Shown here one piece after another: positions 16,750-25,950 of a DNA stretch of 64,000 nt. The stretch comes from a virus, in IMG/VR virus record IMGVR_UViG_3300045988_181613. One strand, written 5' to 3'. The notes beneath the pieces were generated by a model, which saw only the letters and a program-made list of their open reading frames with translations, made no database searches and was not told the DNA's origin. Every line of letters starts with the position of its first letter. The first letter of the stretch is position 1. The translations under genes and the position numbers were made by a program.

Positions 16750-16757
16750 TAAAGATA
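16750..16757 (-). promoter_or_regulatory. TATCTTTA promoter box
   Basis: 35 nt upstream of ATG 16715; just downstream of terminator 16783..16819. Confidence 0.6.
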
Positions 16758-16782
16758 CTGCTTATTTCGATATAAAAGATTA

Positions 16783-16819
16783 TTTAGGAGTGTTAAAAAC
16801 AAAATCAAACACTCCTAAA
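16783..16819 (-). terminator. Intrinsic terminator after gene 16825..17421
   Basis: TTTAGGAGTGTT/AACACTCCTAAA 12-bp stem. Confidence 0.6.
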
Positions 16820-16824
16820 TCTAA

Positions 16825-17421
16825 TCATTCAATAGTTATCAGTCCATTCAACATCTTTATACAGTTGGTCAACTCAGTTATCATTTCAAAGTCACTACCA
16901 ACTACCTTGGCTTCAATGGCTCTTGTAAGATAAGAAATGGTCTTCTCCATTCTTCTGATTATCTCTACATTAGGAGAGGGTTGCTTGATATAATTTTTCA
17001 GCTCCTCTATTTTCCTCTCCAGTGCTTCTTGATTCTTTTTCAATTCCTCATTCTCACTTTTAAGGATATCATTCTCCTGGTACAATTTTTTGTTTTCTTC
17101 TTCAGGGGAATTTTCATCGGGAATAATTGACCTTATCGGCCCTGGACTAACAATAGGAGGTAATTGTTTTTGTACATCAATAGTCACTATTTCTTTCCCT
17201 AATGAAGCAGCAACCTCTTTTAAAAGAGTAGATGATCGTTTCCCTCTCACTGAATTTTTCACCAGAAAAATATCCGATAAAACCTTTGAAATTTTCTTAC
17301 CATCTATAGTATTAATTAATGCCTTTCGAATACCATCTTTTTTAATAATATCAGTGACAGTACCTGCACTAATTTCACCTTTTTCGTCAACAAATTTGAC
17401 AATTTTCCCAGCTGTGATCAT
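16825..17421 (-). CDS. Coiled-coil protein, translationally coupled to the sigma factor gene
   Basis: 198 aa; ENDILKSENEELKKNQEALERKIEELK coiled coil; 4-nt overlap with 17418..17945. Confidence 0.55.
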   Translation of the reverse strand: MITAGKIVKFVDEKGEISAGTVTDIIKKDGIRKALINTIDGKKISKVLSDIFLVKNSVRGKRSSTLLKEVAASLGKEIVTIDVQKQLPPIVSPGPIRSIIPDENSPEEENKKLYQENDILKSENEELKKNQEALERKIEELKNYIKQPSPNVEIIRRMEKTISYLTRAIEAKVVGSDFEMITELTNCIKMLNGLITIE

Positions 17422-17945
17422 AATTCTATATTTTTAAAGTGTTCCAATATTCTTGTTCTTACAAGGTGTATTCTTGATTTTAATGTTCCCATTGGGAGCT
17501 CAAATATTTCTGATAACTCTTCATAGGAAAATCCATTTGCAAATCCAAGCATAATTTTTCGGTTTATGCTTGATTCATTCTTTTCCAGATATTCCAACAA
17601 CTTATTATAAAGAAACCTATTTTCATCCTGGGTATCAGAATATTTTTCATTTATTTCCCAAGAAATATTTTCATTTTCTTGACTGGATGTCTTATTTACA
17701 GCGGAACTTCCTAAATAATTAAGAGCTCTATTACGTGCTAATATACACAACCAAGCTTGAAAAGAACCCTCTCCTTCCCATGTAAATTTATCATGTTTTT
17801 GTAAAGCTGTTAAAAAGATATGGGAGGAAATATCTTCAACTTCTTCATCATCCAAACTTCCTGCAAATTTCTTTCTTAGATAATTTTGCAGGAAGTTCCA
17901 GTATTCTTTATAGTGGATTGCGATATCCTCTTTTACGTCAAACAT
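17418..17945 (-). CDS. RNA polymerase sigma factor, ECF-like (sigma-70 regions 2 and 4)
   Basis: Region 2-like VEDISSHIFLTALQKHDKF...FQAWLCILARNRALNYL; region 4-like FSYEELSEIFELPMGTLKSRIHLVRTRI. Confidence 0.7.
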   Translation of the reverse strand: MFDVKEDIAIHYKEYWNFLQNYLRKKFAGSLDDEEVEDISSHIFLTALQKHDKFTWEGEGSFQAWLCILARNRALNYLGSSAVNKTSSQENENISWEINEKYSDTQDENRFLYNKLLEYLEKNESSINRKIMLGFANGFSYEELSEIFELPMGTLKSRIHLVRTRILEHFKNIEL

Positions 17946-17972
17946 ATAAGTAACTGTTTCATTATTTATGAC

Positions 17973-17980
17973 TAAAGATA
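17973..17980 (-). promoter_or_regulatory. TATCTTTA promoter box
   Basis: 28 nt upstream of the sigma factor ATG 17945. Confidence 0.55.
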
Positions 17981-18014
17981 ATATAATTATGAAACAAAAA
18001 TTTGATATTGGAGT

Positions 18015-18170
18015 TTAAAAAGTCTTTCCATATATTTTCTTATAAGCCTCATTCAAACTATTGTAAAAACGAGTATGTCCGTTTACTTTAACAATAATAG
18101 TGCCACTCATACAAATGGCTGTCGAATGACCGTCTTTCTCTAATCTTCTTCTAATATATTCTTTCTTCAT
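18015..18170 (-). CDS. Hypothetical small protein (51 aa, below track cutoff)
   Basis: Own translation MKKEYIRRRLEKDGHSTAICMSGTIIVKVNGHTRFYNSLNEAYKKIYGKTF; box 18198..18205 is 28 nt upstream. Confidence 0.45.
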   Translation of the reverse strand: MKKEYIRRRLEKDGHSTAICMSGTIIVKVNGHTRFYNSLNEAYKKIYGKTF

Positions 18171-18197
18171 GATTACCTATGTTTTAATTGCTATGAC

Positions 18198-18205
18198 TAA
18201 AGATA
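18198..18205 (-). promoter_or_regulatory. TATCTTTA promoter box
   Basis: 28 nt upstream of ATG 18170; downstream of terminator 18256..18279. Confidence 0.55.
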
Positions 18206-18255
18206 AGTCTTATTTCGTTTTCATTATTTATTTTGGTTTGCTTATTTAAAAAGAA

Positions 18256-18279
18256 AGGAGAACCTTCACAAGTTCTCCT
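18256..18279 (-). terminator. Intrinsic terminator after gene 18320..19456
   Basis: AGGAGAAC/GTTCTCCT 8-bp stem followed by TTCTTTTT on the minus strand. Confidence 0.7.
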
Positions 18280-18319
18280 AACCTAATTAGAAACACATAA
18301 AACAAAAACCGGGCAGCTG

Positions 18320-19456
18320 TTAACCTTTTTTAGTGATTCTCCTGATCCTTTCGAGAATTTCACTTTTCTTTTTATCAGCAATTTCCACTTCTTCATAAGA
18401 AGCTTCTTCTATTGGAGTAGACATTTCTCCCAAGAATTTTTTATTCTTTTCTCTTAAATCATCCCAATCATAAGTTCGAATATAATCTCCTGGTAATTGA
18501 ATATTATCTTTACCAAGGATCATTTGATTAAATCCATTAAAGTCTTTATAATAAGAGGTTGCTAATTGAGAGATGATAACAGTAGGATTTAACCCCACTT
18601 TTGCTGCCACTAATCCAATAACTATTGAATTAATAGGTACACATCTCATAATTCTATCAGTATTTTCTACTCCATGTAAAGTGGCAGTAATATCAATCTT
18701 ACCATCAACAGTAAGTTTTAATTCATTACCTTTTACTTCTTTTCTGGCTTGTTCCAGGATAGCACGAACTTCTTGAGAATATACTTTTACAAGGGCATCT
18801 TTACCCTGCTCCAATCTATCTTTATATTTTAAAAGCATATCAGTCAACAGGGTATTTAAAATCTCTAAACGCCCTGCGTCTGTTGCTATTTTGTATTGAT
18901 TGGAACTGTGTAAGTATTCCTCTTTGCGTTTCTCAATTATGGCTTTATTGGAATTGTAAAATTGTGTTAGTTCAGTAATTCCAAGTTCTGTTCCAGTTTC
19001 AGCTTTAATGATCTTGATTATTTCTTCTACTGGATTGAACTTACCAAATAATTCTAATAATCTTTCAGTGTAAATACCAATAGCAGCTCCTCTATTTTTT
19101 TGTTCTCTTATTGCTTTCTGTAGGGAAGCCTTTTTCTCACCAAGATCTTCTATAAGTTTTGATAAGACACTATCTTGGATAGCAATTGCATCATCAACAT
19201 CTTGTTCTGTGCCATATTTGCTTAAAATGATGCTTCTTATGGATTTGTTCTTTAAATCCACAGTCTGTCTCTCTTTTAATTTATTTCGGAAGGTATACCA
19301 TCTATCTGGATGCTGATCCAACATTCGTCTTGCATATTCATACTGGATATATGATTCAACAAGCTCTGTACCACCTTCTTGGATATAATCAGGAGCATTT
19401 TTCAGAATGTCCTCTCTGTCATCGTAGCCTATATCGTAAAATACCCTTGTTTTCAT
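18320..19456 (-). CDS. Hypothetical protein
   Basis: Start moved to Met15 (MKTRVFYD) because a TATATTTA box (19476..19483) lies inside the longer ORF. Confidence 0.6.
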   Translation of the reverse strand: MKTRVFYDIGYDDREDILKNAPDYIQEGGTELVESYIQYEYARRMLDQHPDRWYTFRNKLKERQTVDLKNKSIRSIILSKYGTEQDVDDAIAIQDSVLSKLIEDLGEKKASLQKAIREQKNRGAAIGIYTERLLELFGKFNPVEEIIKIIKAETGTELGITELTQFYNSNKAIIEKRKEEYLHSSNQYKIATDAGRLEILNTLLTDMLLKYKDRLEQGKDALVKVYSQEVRAILEQARKEVKGNELKLTVDGKIDITATLHGVENTDRIMRCVPINSIVIGLVAAKVGLNPTVIISQLATSYYKDFNGFNQMILGKDNIQLPGDYIRTYDWDDLREKNKKFLGEMSTPIEEASYEEVEIADKKKSEILERIRRITKKG

Positions 19457-19475
19457 GTGTTTTATATTTATGGCG

Positions 19476-19483
19476 TAAATATA
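19476..19483 (-). promoter_or_regulatory. TATATTTA promoter box
   Basis: 20 nt upstream of ATG 19456; downstream of terminator 19538..19566. Confidence 0.5.
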
Positions 19484-19537
19484 CCAAACCTTTTTCAAAT
19501 TAAAAACAAAAAAGGGTTTTTAAATCACATTAAAAAC

Positions 19538-19566
19538 GAAGGAGGAGTTAACAACTCTCCTCCTTC
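19538..19566 (-). terminator. Intrinsic terminator after gene 19765..20088
   Basis: GAAGGAGGAG/CTCCTCCTTC 10-bp stem followed by GTTTTT on the minus strand. Confidence 0.7.
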
Positions 19567-19764
19567 TATGTAATATTATTAACAACTTTGTTGTTGGCTA
19601 CTCTATTTCAGGATTTTCGCCTTCCTCCTTGTGAAAGATAATTTTTTAAATAGATCTCCGAATAATTTTTCGAAGTATTGTTATGCTAATCATAAAAAGG
19701 CCAACTGTCGTCATACATGGTCACACCTCCCTTCAAAATTTTTAATAGGTTAATTACTTAATTT

Positions 19765-20088
19765 TCAATCGCCGCTATATACAGTATTATCCTTTTCCAG
19801 ACATCCTTTTTCAAACCCTCTCAAGGGATGGAACTGTGCTTCACCTCCTCCTCCGGAACCAATTGGGGTTTCAAAGATTTTTGAAATAACATCTGTGATC
19901 TCCTCTACATCTACAGTTTCTTTTATCCGGTCCTTTTTCTTATCATAGAGGAGGACGATTCTCTCAGGTTTTAAAGCATATCGATCTCCGTCTTCATCAC
20001 TGACTACTGTTGTTTCCTCAAGTCCCACTACTGTGCAAGTAAAAACTTCTCCTTTTGCATCAATGCAAATCTTTTCTCCTGGACGCAA
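19765..20088 (-). CDS. Hypothetical protein, start uncertain
   Basis: Track start is TTG. The frame is open up to 20145 without an ATG. An ATG at 20126 lies in the -1 frame and could join through AGAAAAC (20115..20120). Confidence 0.45.
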   Translation of the reverse strand: MRPGEKICIDAKGEVFTCTVVGLEETTVVSDEDGDRYALKPERIVLLYDKKKDRIKETVDVEEITDVISKIFETPIGSGGGGEAQFHPLRGFEKGCLEKDNTVYSGD

Positions 20089-20145
20089 ATCAATTGCTTG
20101 AACTGCTAAAAATGTTTTCTTTCCATACTCTAAATTTATTAATAG

Positions 20146-20337
20146 TTATACTAATTCTATTGCTTTTTCAGGTACACATATTATAGTCCATGTCTTACCT
20201 TTCTTCAAGTAATCCACTGAATATTGTATTTCTCCAGTGCATAGATTGGTGTCGATACTGGTAATAGTTCCATATATTTTATTACCATTCTTCACTGTTA
20301 CTATTACCGCTTGATCTTTTTTAAACTTTGCTTTCAT
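20146..20337 (-). CDS. Hypothetical protein
   Basis: 63-aa ORF. Confidence 0.5.
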   Translation of the reverse strand: MKAKFKKDQAVIVTVKNGNKIYGTITSIDTNLCTGEIQYSVDYLKKGKTWTIICVPEKAIELV

Positions 20338-20343
20338 AGACCT

Positions 20344-20562
20344 TTATTTTGCGAATTTGAATCTTTCTATTTTGAGATTGTCATTAATGATGAACTTACG
20401 ACCACATTCTAAAATTACGTGGGTATCTGTGATTCTTTTTATCACTCTTACCACATCTTCATGTACTACATTCGGCGTACCATCTGCATAGTGACCGTTA
20501 GCTAAATCACCAGATACTCTATATCTCAAACCAATCTCTACTTCTTTTATATTCATAATCAT
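20344..20562 (-). CDS. Hypothetical protein
   Basis: 72-aa ORF; box 20588..20595 is 26 nt upstream. Confidence 0.55.
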   Translation of the reverse strand: MIMNIKEVEIGLRYRVSGDLANGHYADGTPNVVHEDVVRVIKRITDTHVILECGRKFIINDNLKIERFKFAK

Positions 20563-20587
20563 ATCTTTTTACTTTGTTTCTAATGAC

Positions 20588-20595
20588 TAAAGATA
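20588..20595 (-). promoter_or_regulatory. TATCTTTA promoter box
   Basis: 26 nt upstream of ATG 20562. Confidence 0.6.
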
Positions 20596-20634
20596 CTGCT
20601 TATTTCGATAGGAATTCCTATTGTGGAGAGCTGA

Positions 20635-21620
20635 TTATTTAAACCATTTTCTTTTATTAGAAACCGCAAATAAACGCCGTTCAATCATTTTCATGGCTGA
20701 TTCATCATTCTTTGAGATCGGGCGTTTCCATTTATTTTTATATTTCCACCAATTAATGAGTTCCATTATTATATCTTCATAAGTCAATCCCTTTTTAGGA
20801 GCAAGATTTCTTTTTTGGCATTCACCAATTAACATTAAACAAAACTGATCTTCTTGATCTTGCTCTTCGAGAAGATGTTTCTTGATCGTTTTTAAAATAG
20901 GAAGGAAAGCTAAGTAATTTGATCGGTCTGTTCTATCATTGATATAAAAGTCAACATCGTCAATATCAATTCCATCATAATTGAGAATCTGTCTTTCTTT
21001 TTTAAGATCGATCAAGAAAGATATATTATTCTTTCTGTCAAAATATCCACTCCAAGTCCAATAGCCCCCTCCAGGATTGTATTTGATGCAATTATGTTTT
21101 GTTTCTTCGTATTTTTTCTCTCCCTGCTTCCAATAATGTTTCTTTTCGACACATTCTTCAACAATATATACTCCATCACCTGGGTATTCTGGAATATTAT
21201 ATTTATCATAATATCTGAGAAACCGTTTTTCAGAATAAGATCCTTTATTTCAGATGACATTTCAGTTCCTTCGTCATCATCATGAATATCATCAGTCACT
21301 CCATGAATAAGAATATAGTTGGCTTCTTCGATCAATTTATCTAAATCTTGAATAGGGGATTCTACACAATAACTTCTATAAAACTCAGTAAAATTACTGT
21401 ACCCATAATTAGTCCAGGTTCGTTCTATAAGATCAGTTATTCTTTCGTATCGATATTGAGTTATAGCGTGAGCTCCTGCTCTATATTGTTGATCAAAGAT
21501 TTCTGTAATCCGAACAATCTCTCCTCCTCTACGACTGAGAAACATCATTCCAATCCTAAGAGATTCTTTTAATTGTATCTCCCTTAATTGTTGAGCTTCA
21601 CTTTTTGTTAATTCTCCCAT
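20635..21620 (-). CDS. Hypothetical protein encoded in two frames (track ORFs 21012..21620 + 20635..21015); needs a -1 shift at an A5 run
   Basis: Frame of 20635..21015 stays open up to 21249 and encodes YPGDGVYIVEECVEKKHYWKQGEKKYEETKHNCIKYNPGGGYWTWSGYF. The 3' third of 21012..21620 is low-complexity. The frames meet at A-run 21226..21230. Confidence 0.5.
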
Positions 21621-21852
21621 ATCCTTCTCTTTCTAAGTCAGTTGATTTTAATTCTTCTGGTATCGTTTTGATGCGTTTATAAACACCTCTATCGATTCTG
21701 TCAATATATCCAGCTTTCATAAACCATCTCACTGTTTTCCGTAATGTGTTTGGTGACATATCATTACAACTACATAAATCATAATTCTCAAACGGACGAT
21801 CCATTGAGTTGATCTTTTCCTTTAATTTTTGGAACTCAGTTTTTATTTCCAT
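21598..21852 (-). CDS. Winged-helix DNA-binding protein (putative)
   Basis: NTLRKTVRWFMKAGYIDRIDRGVYKRI resembles a wHTH recognition helix plus wing. Confidence 0.5.
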   Translation of the reverse strand: MEIKTEFQKLKEKINSMDRPFENYDLCSCNDMSPNTLRKTVRWFMKAGYIDRIDRGVYKRIKTIPEELKSTDLEREGYGRINKK

Positions 21853-21872
21853 AATGTGTTTCTTTTATAGAG

Positions 21873-21880
21873 TAAAGATA
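21873..21880 (-). promoter_or_regulatory. TATCTTTA promoter box
   Basis: 21 nt upstream of ATG 21852. Confidence 0.55.
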
Positions 21881-21923
21881 CGAAGAAATCTGAGATGAAT
21901 TTTAAATCCGGAGATCGTTTTTA

Positions 21924-22466
21924 TCAATTATTATTTGTACTGAGACTCACCCCAAAGCCATCTCCCACAGCTTCAACAATCCTACTTCTAAATTCAGGAT
22001 TCATGAAAGTAATAGCTGGAGGATCTAATTCACTTCCTTCTAAAATATATTTATAAGAAATTCCTGTACCTAAATCTCTTATAAATATAAATGCAGTATC
22101 CGCTATGGTGATTGTAAAATCACTTTTTCTTCTAAAATCAACATCTTCCGCAATACAAATTTTCTCTAATGTACCAATCACTTCAGATGCAAATTTAAGT
22201 GGTATCATACATTTAATTGCTATTGGTTTTTTAATTTTTGACCAGCTATAAGCTTCACTTAAAGCCACTCCAAGAATATCATAACAAAGTTTGATAGTAT
22301 TTCCGCATCCTCTTCCTGATAATTCTTCCAGACAAACTTTATGGAGACGATCTATATCAAGAACAAAGTTTGTCGATCTCTTCATAATAGGTTGTTCCTT
22401 TCCGAAGAACCTCTTTAGCTTTTGCATCACACCAATTATTACATCTCTGTCTACCATTCTTTCCAT
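21924..22466 (-). CDS. Hypothetical protein, start uncertain
   Basis: 180-aa ORF overlapping the upstream gene by 110 nt; internal Mets at 22427 or 22385 are more likely starts. Confidence 0.5.
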   Translation of the reverse strand: MERMVDRDVIIGVMQKLKRFFGKEQPIMKRSTNFVLDIDRLHKVCLEELSGRGCGNTIKLCYDILGVALSEAYSWSKIKKPIAIKCMIPLKFASEVIGTLEKICIAEDVDFRRKSDFTITIADTAFIFIRDLGTGISYKYILEGSELDPPAITFMNPEFRSRIVEAVGDGFGVSLSTNNN

Positions 22467-22827
22467 GTTGATGTCCCTTTATTATTTTAGGATAGCAAGT
22501 TATAAAACATTCCATCTGTTGTGTAATATAACTTGCTAAATGTTCGTATTTCTTATTTACTTTTATTTTTTGAGAGACTATACCTCTTACTGTTGAGTTA
22601 TCACAATTAATCACTACAGTGGTAGGATTGAATCTTGATTTTATCAATAGATGAAGGGAGTTTATCAGTCCTTTAATTTCCGCTTCATTTGAATCTAAAC
22701 AAGGTTCTCTGAAAGAACTTGCTGCCTTAATTATTAAATCATCAGAGACAATAAGGCAAGCAAAAGACCCTTTCTTAATCTTATGATCAAATGAAGCATC
22801 TACATTAATAGTACAGAATCCTCTCAT
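22357..22827 (-). CDS. RNase H-like (RVT_3-type) protein
   Basis: INVDASF...SNEAEIKGLINSL...INCDNSTV...GHQHGKNGRQRCNNWCDAKAKE follows the D-E-D...D order of RNase H-fold proteins. Confidence 0.5.
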   Translation of the reverse strand: MRGFCTINVDASFDHKIKKGSFACLIVSDDLIIKAASSFREPCLDSNEAEIKGLINSLHLLIKSRFNPTTVVINCDNSTVRGIVSQKIKVNKKYEHLASYITQQMECFITCYPKIIKGHQHGKNGRQRCNNWCDAKAKEVLRKGTTYYEEIDKLCS

Positions 22828-23126
22828 TCTATTTCTTTATAAAGTTTCCATTTTAGAAGTGTTCGAAAATCTTCTCTTCTTCCATTTCGAATCATATCAT
22901 ATCTATCCTGAGCATCCTCTTTTGCTTTTTGAATTTCTCTTTGGGAATAAGTTTCTCTAAAACGAATAGGAAAATCGATACCAAATTCTATATGATATTC
23001 TTCTGAACCATCTGTTTTACAAATCTTCCCAATAATATCAACACTTCCTTGATAGATAAGATATTCGTCCTTTCCTTCTTTCTTATTCTTTTTGAAACGA
23101 AGTTTGACCCATTCTCTTGCTGCCAT
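22824..23126 (-). CDS. Hypothetical protein
   Basis: 100-aa ORF. Confidence 0.55.
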   Translation of the reverse strand: MAAREWVKLRFKKNKKEGKDEYLIYQGSVDIIGKICKTDGSEEYHIEFGIDFPIRFRETYSQREIQKAKEDAQDRYDMIRNGRREDFRTLLKWKLYKEIE

Positions 23127-23130
23127 AAAA

Positions 23131-23397
23131 TTATTTTAAAAAAGATTCTACATAAGCAAAGTCCATTCTTGGATCAGGACCAAAGTAATAAAGATCGACA
23201 CTATTGTAACGAGTAACTTTCTTTATTACTTTTTTCTTTCCACAATTCTTTTTCATTGCATCAATGAAAACAACTCCGCTAATTGGATCTGAAAAACCTA
23301 TTCCTGGTTTATACTCCAAATCCTTACGTAATTCCTCTTCAGTTTTTACTGTTACGGAGTCACCTACTTTGAATTTCAAATATTTAATCTTTTCCAT
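23131..23397 (-). CDS. Hypothetical protein
   Basis: 88-aa ORF. Confidence 0.55.
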   Translation of the reverse strand: MEKIKYLKFKVGDSVTVKTEEELRKDLEYKPGIGFSDPISGVVFIDAMKKNCGKKKVIKKVTRYNSVDLYYFGPDPRMDFAYVESFLK

Positions 23398-23400
23398 ATT

Positions 23401-23727
23401 TTAACTTTTTGACCATTCAATTAATTCTTCTTTAGTTGCTTCGAGTCTTTTTCGATGAAAAAATATCATTCCATCACCGTCATCCCAATAATTAGCTATA
23501 TACTCGATCCAATTTAATTTTTCTTCCTCGATCTTTTTAGAAATCCTCGAACAAATTCCAGAGATTTCTTTTCCTTTAAAATGTCTGCCTTTAGCTATAT
23601 CAGAAGTACAATATCCATACTCTATTGTTGGTTCTTCATCTCCTTTGAATAAACAATCGGTATCTCCCCCATAATCCATAACGTAGGCAATCTTTGATCG
23701 CCTGTATTTGTTTTTCTGTGAAGACAT
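23401..23727 (-). CDS. Hypothetical protein
   Basis: 108-aa ORF; box 23769..23776 is 42 nt upstream. Confidence 0.55.
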   Translation of the reverse strand: MSSQKNKYRRSKIAYVMDYGGDTDCLFKGDEEPTIEYGYCTSDIAKGRHFKGKEISGICSRISKKIEEEKLNWIEYIANYWDDGDGMIFFHRKRLEATKEELIEWSKS

Positions 23728-23768
23728 TGAATAATTCTGTTTTCATAACTCTTTGATTTTTATTTATC

Positions 23769-23776
23769 TAAAGATA
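23769..23776 (-). promoter_or_regulatory. TATCTTTA promoter box
   Basis: 42 nt upstream of ATG 23727. Confidence 0.55.
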
Positions 23777-23956
23777 CAAATAATCTACTGAGTAAAATTA
23801 ATTTTGGAGTTCTTTTAAAAAGAAAATAGGAGATTTTCACAAACCCCCTATTCCAAACCAACTTAATTGTCATGAAAAACTAAACCAAACCTTGTACTAC
23901 TTCTTCTTGTTATTGTTATGTACAGCTAAATATACAAAGTTTTTAATTAACTACGT

Positions 23957-24403
23957 TTATAATGGGGTTAAAATCGCAGTAATTTTTGTCTTTGTTATAT
24001 TTAGAACTTCACAATCGTCTTTGTGAGACCATTTATTCATAAGTTCTTTGGCCCTGGCAGCTGCTTCTTTAGAATCTGAAGATTGGACTAAGATTGCACG
24101 TTTATATGCTTTTCTTTTTCCCTTTTCGTTGATATCATAATATATGCAACCACATTTAAACCAAGGAACATCAGTAGGTTCACCAGGTAGAGGATGATAA
24201 TCTTCTATTTTCATTTCTTTAATAGGATTGATATCAAAATCCTCTACTGTGATATCGGAGCCATATTCCGTTGCCAAAGCTTCAGCATCTGTATAATTGA
24301 TTGCTTGACACAGGACATGTTTGTGGACATGTACATTAACATCCTCACCTGTGTTTTCGTCCACATCTTCTTCCCAAAAATTAATTACTGCTTCGAAATA
24401 CAT
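23957..24403 (-). CDS. Hypothetical protein
   Basis: 148-aa ORF. Confidence 0.55.
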   Translation of the reverse strand: MYFEAVINFWEEDVDENTGEDVNVHVHKHVLCQAINYTDAEALATEYGSDITVEDFDINPIKEMKIEDYHPLPGEPTDVPWFKCGCIYYDINEKGKRKAYKRAILVQSSDSKEAAARAKELMNKWSHKDDCEVLNITKTKITAILTPL

Positions 24404-24405
24404 AA

Positions 24406-24903
24406 TTATTTATTTTTAAATTTCCATTTATAACCATAGGCTGTTGTATTCCTTGATATACTTTGTTTTATCGTAGGAATATCAAACCCATACCTTTTCT
24501 TAGCTTCAGTTAAAGACGCCAAGACCTCTACTACCTTATTATTTAAGTCCATTTTAATAAGAGGTCTCTTTTTCATTTCATTAAACGCATTCAACCTTTC
24601 TGTTTGTACTTCAATGAAATGAGGGTGATTACAATTTTCCTTGTGAGTTACCCATCGAAGATTAGAGGAAATATTGTTAGATCGATTAGTATCTATATGA
24701 TCTATTTCAGGCTTATTTTCAGGATTTGGAACAAAAGCTTCCGCAACAAGACGATGTACTCTTTCGAGTTTACCAGCAACCCATACTTGTAAATACCCGT
24801 CAGGATTTTTATTCAAATGCTTTAACTTTCCTGATTTAATAGACAAAACTTTTCCATAATTAGAAACTTTACAATCTCCAATAATTTTCCATTCTTCTTT
24901 CAT
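24406..24903 (-). mobile_element. Free-standing homing endonuclease gene (NUMOD4 + HNH_3 type)
   Basis: EWKIIGDCKVSNYGKV (NUMOD4-like); VHRLVAEAFVPNP...IDHIDTNRSNNISSNLRWVTHKEN (HNH_3); C-terminal ...NTTAYGYKWKF DNA-binding tail. Confidence 0.75.
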
Positions 24904-25487
24904 TCTTCGAATTTTAAATCATTTAAACGATTGATCCAGCCTTTTAAAAATTTCTGTTGAGAAGGGTTTTTTTCAACAATTCTATAATAAAAGGCAGTTT
25001 GTGCTTCACGAACTTGATTAAAGATAACCTCAGGATTGAACTTATTTAATGCCTCAATAGTTTTTGGTCCGACGATTCCATCTGCAGTGACTCCTAATAA
25101 CTTTTGTGGAATTTTTATTCCATTTACGCCAGACCCCCAAACCCAATTTACCAAAATATTGGCAACTGATTGATTAAATATCAAATCCGCTTTCCAACGA
25201 TCCCAATATTCTTTGGAAAGTATAGTAAGCCAAGTTTCGAAATCAATATTCTTTAAATCCTCAACTGTCGGATTTGCCTTGATCATGTTCTTTTTACAAT
25301 AAGTAGTAAAAGTACCAAAGGTTACTCCAATGACTGTTGCACCACCTCTATCATCTGGATCATTGACAAAACCATATTTACTGTTTTTCGCTCTTTGAAA
25401 CAAGGCTTCAAGAGGTTCATCTCTTTTCTGTTCGATCCCACATTCCCATTTGATGAGAAAGGGAATTAATCCTTCAATTTTCGCCAT
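24900..25487 (-). CDS. Endolysin (GH108 lysozyme + peptidoglycan-binding domain)
   Basis: KWECG...NDPDDRGGATVIGVT (GH108 motif) and C-terminal LGVTADGIVGPKTIEAL (PG_binding_3-like). Confidence 0.8.
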   Translation of the reverse strand: MAKIEGLIPFLIKWECGIEQKRDEPLEALFQRAKNSKYGFVNDPDDRGGATVIGVTFGTFTTYCKKNMIKANPTVEDLKNIDFETWLTILSKEYWDRWKADLIFNQSVANILVNWVWGSGVNGIKIPQKLLGVTADGIVGPKTIEALNKFNPEVIFNQVREAQTAFYYRIVEKNPSQQKFLKGWINRLNDLKFEE

Positions 25488-25950
25488 ATTCTATTGATTT
25501 AATTTCATTAATTTCCGCCCATCGTATACTTCCAGTAGTATCTACATAATTAAAACTTGCCGGCTGTCCAATTCCATCTTGCCATTCATTATATTTCTTT
25601 CCTTGAATAGCAATAATTTCACCTCCAGTACCATCGAAAAGATTTACTACCATTCCAATCCTTAAATCTTTTTCACCTAATTTCCCTGCAGGCTTGAATT
25701 GCTTCCATACTGAAATCATATAATCAGCAAGTTCAGCCCTTTCACTTTCTGTCAAAGGTAATTGTTCTACCTCTTCCATATTCATGAACTCTTCTTGCAA
25801 AATATCTGTTTCCAAATACATGCCATTTCCAGAATAAATAGATAGATCTTCTGGATTTATTCCCACTACGTGATTAGTTGTAGCTAATCTCCTTCCAGAA
25901 GATAATATCAAATATTCACGAGAACCGTTTTCTTCTTTCTTCCATTCCAT
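25474..25950 (-). CDS. Hypothetical protein
   Basis: 158-aa ORF. Confidence 0.55.
   Translation of the reverse strand: MEWKKEENGSREYLILSSGRRLATTNHVVGINPEDLSIYSGNGMYLETDILQEEFMNMEEVEQLPLTESERAELADYMISVWKQFKPAGKLGEKDLRIGMVVNLFDGTGGEIIAIQGKKYNEWQDGIGQPASFNYVDTTGSIRWAEINEIKSIEYGEN

Noticed and set aside
23825-23852. Possible terminator AATAGG...CCTATT upstream of box 23769
   Set aside because: The stem is only 6 bp with a 16-nt loop, too weak to call, although its position (between gene units, followed by a T-rich run) fits the pattern.
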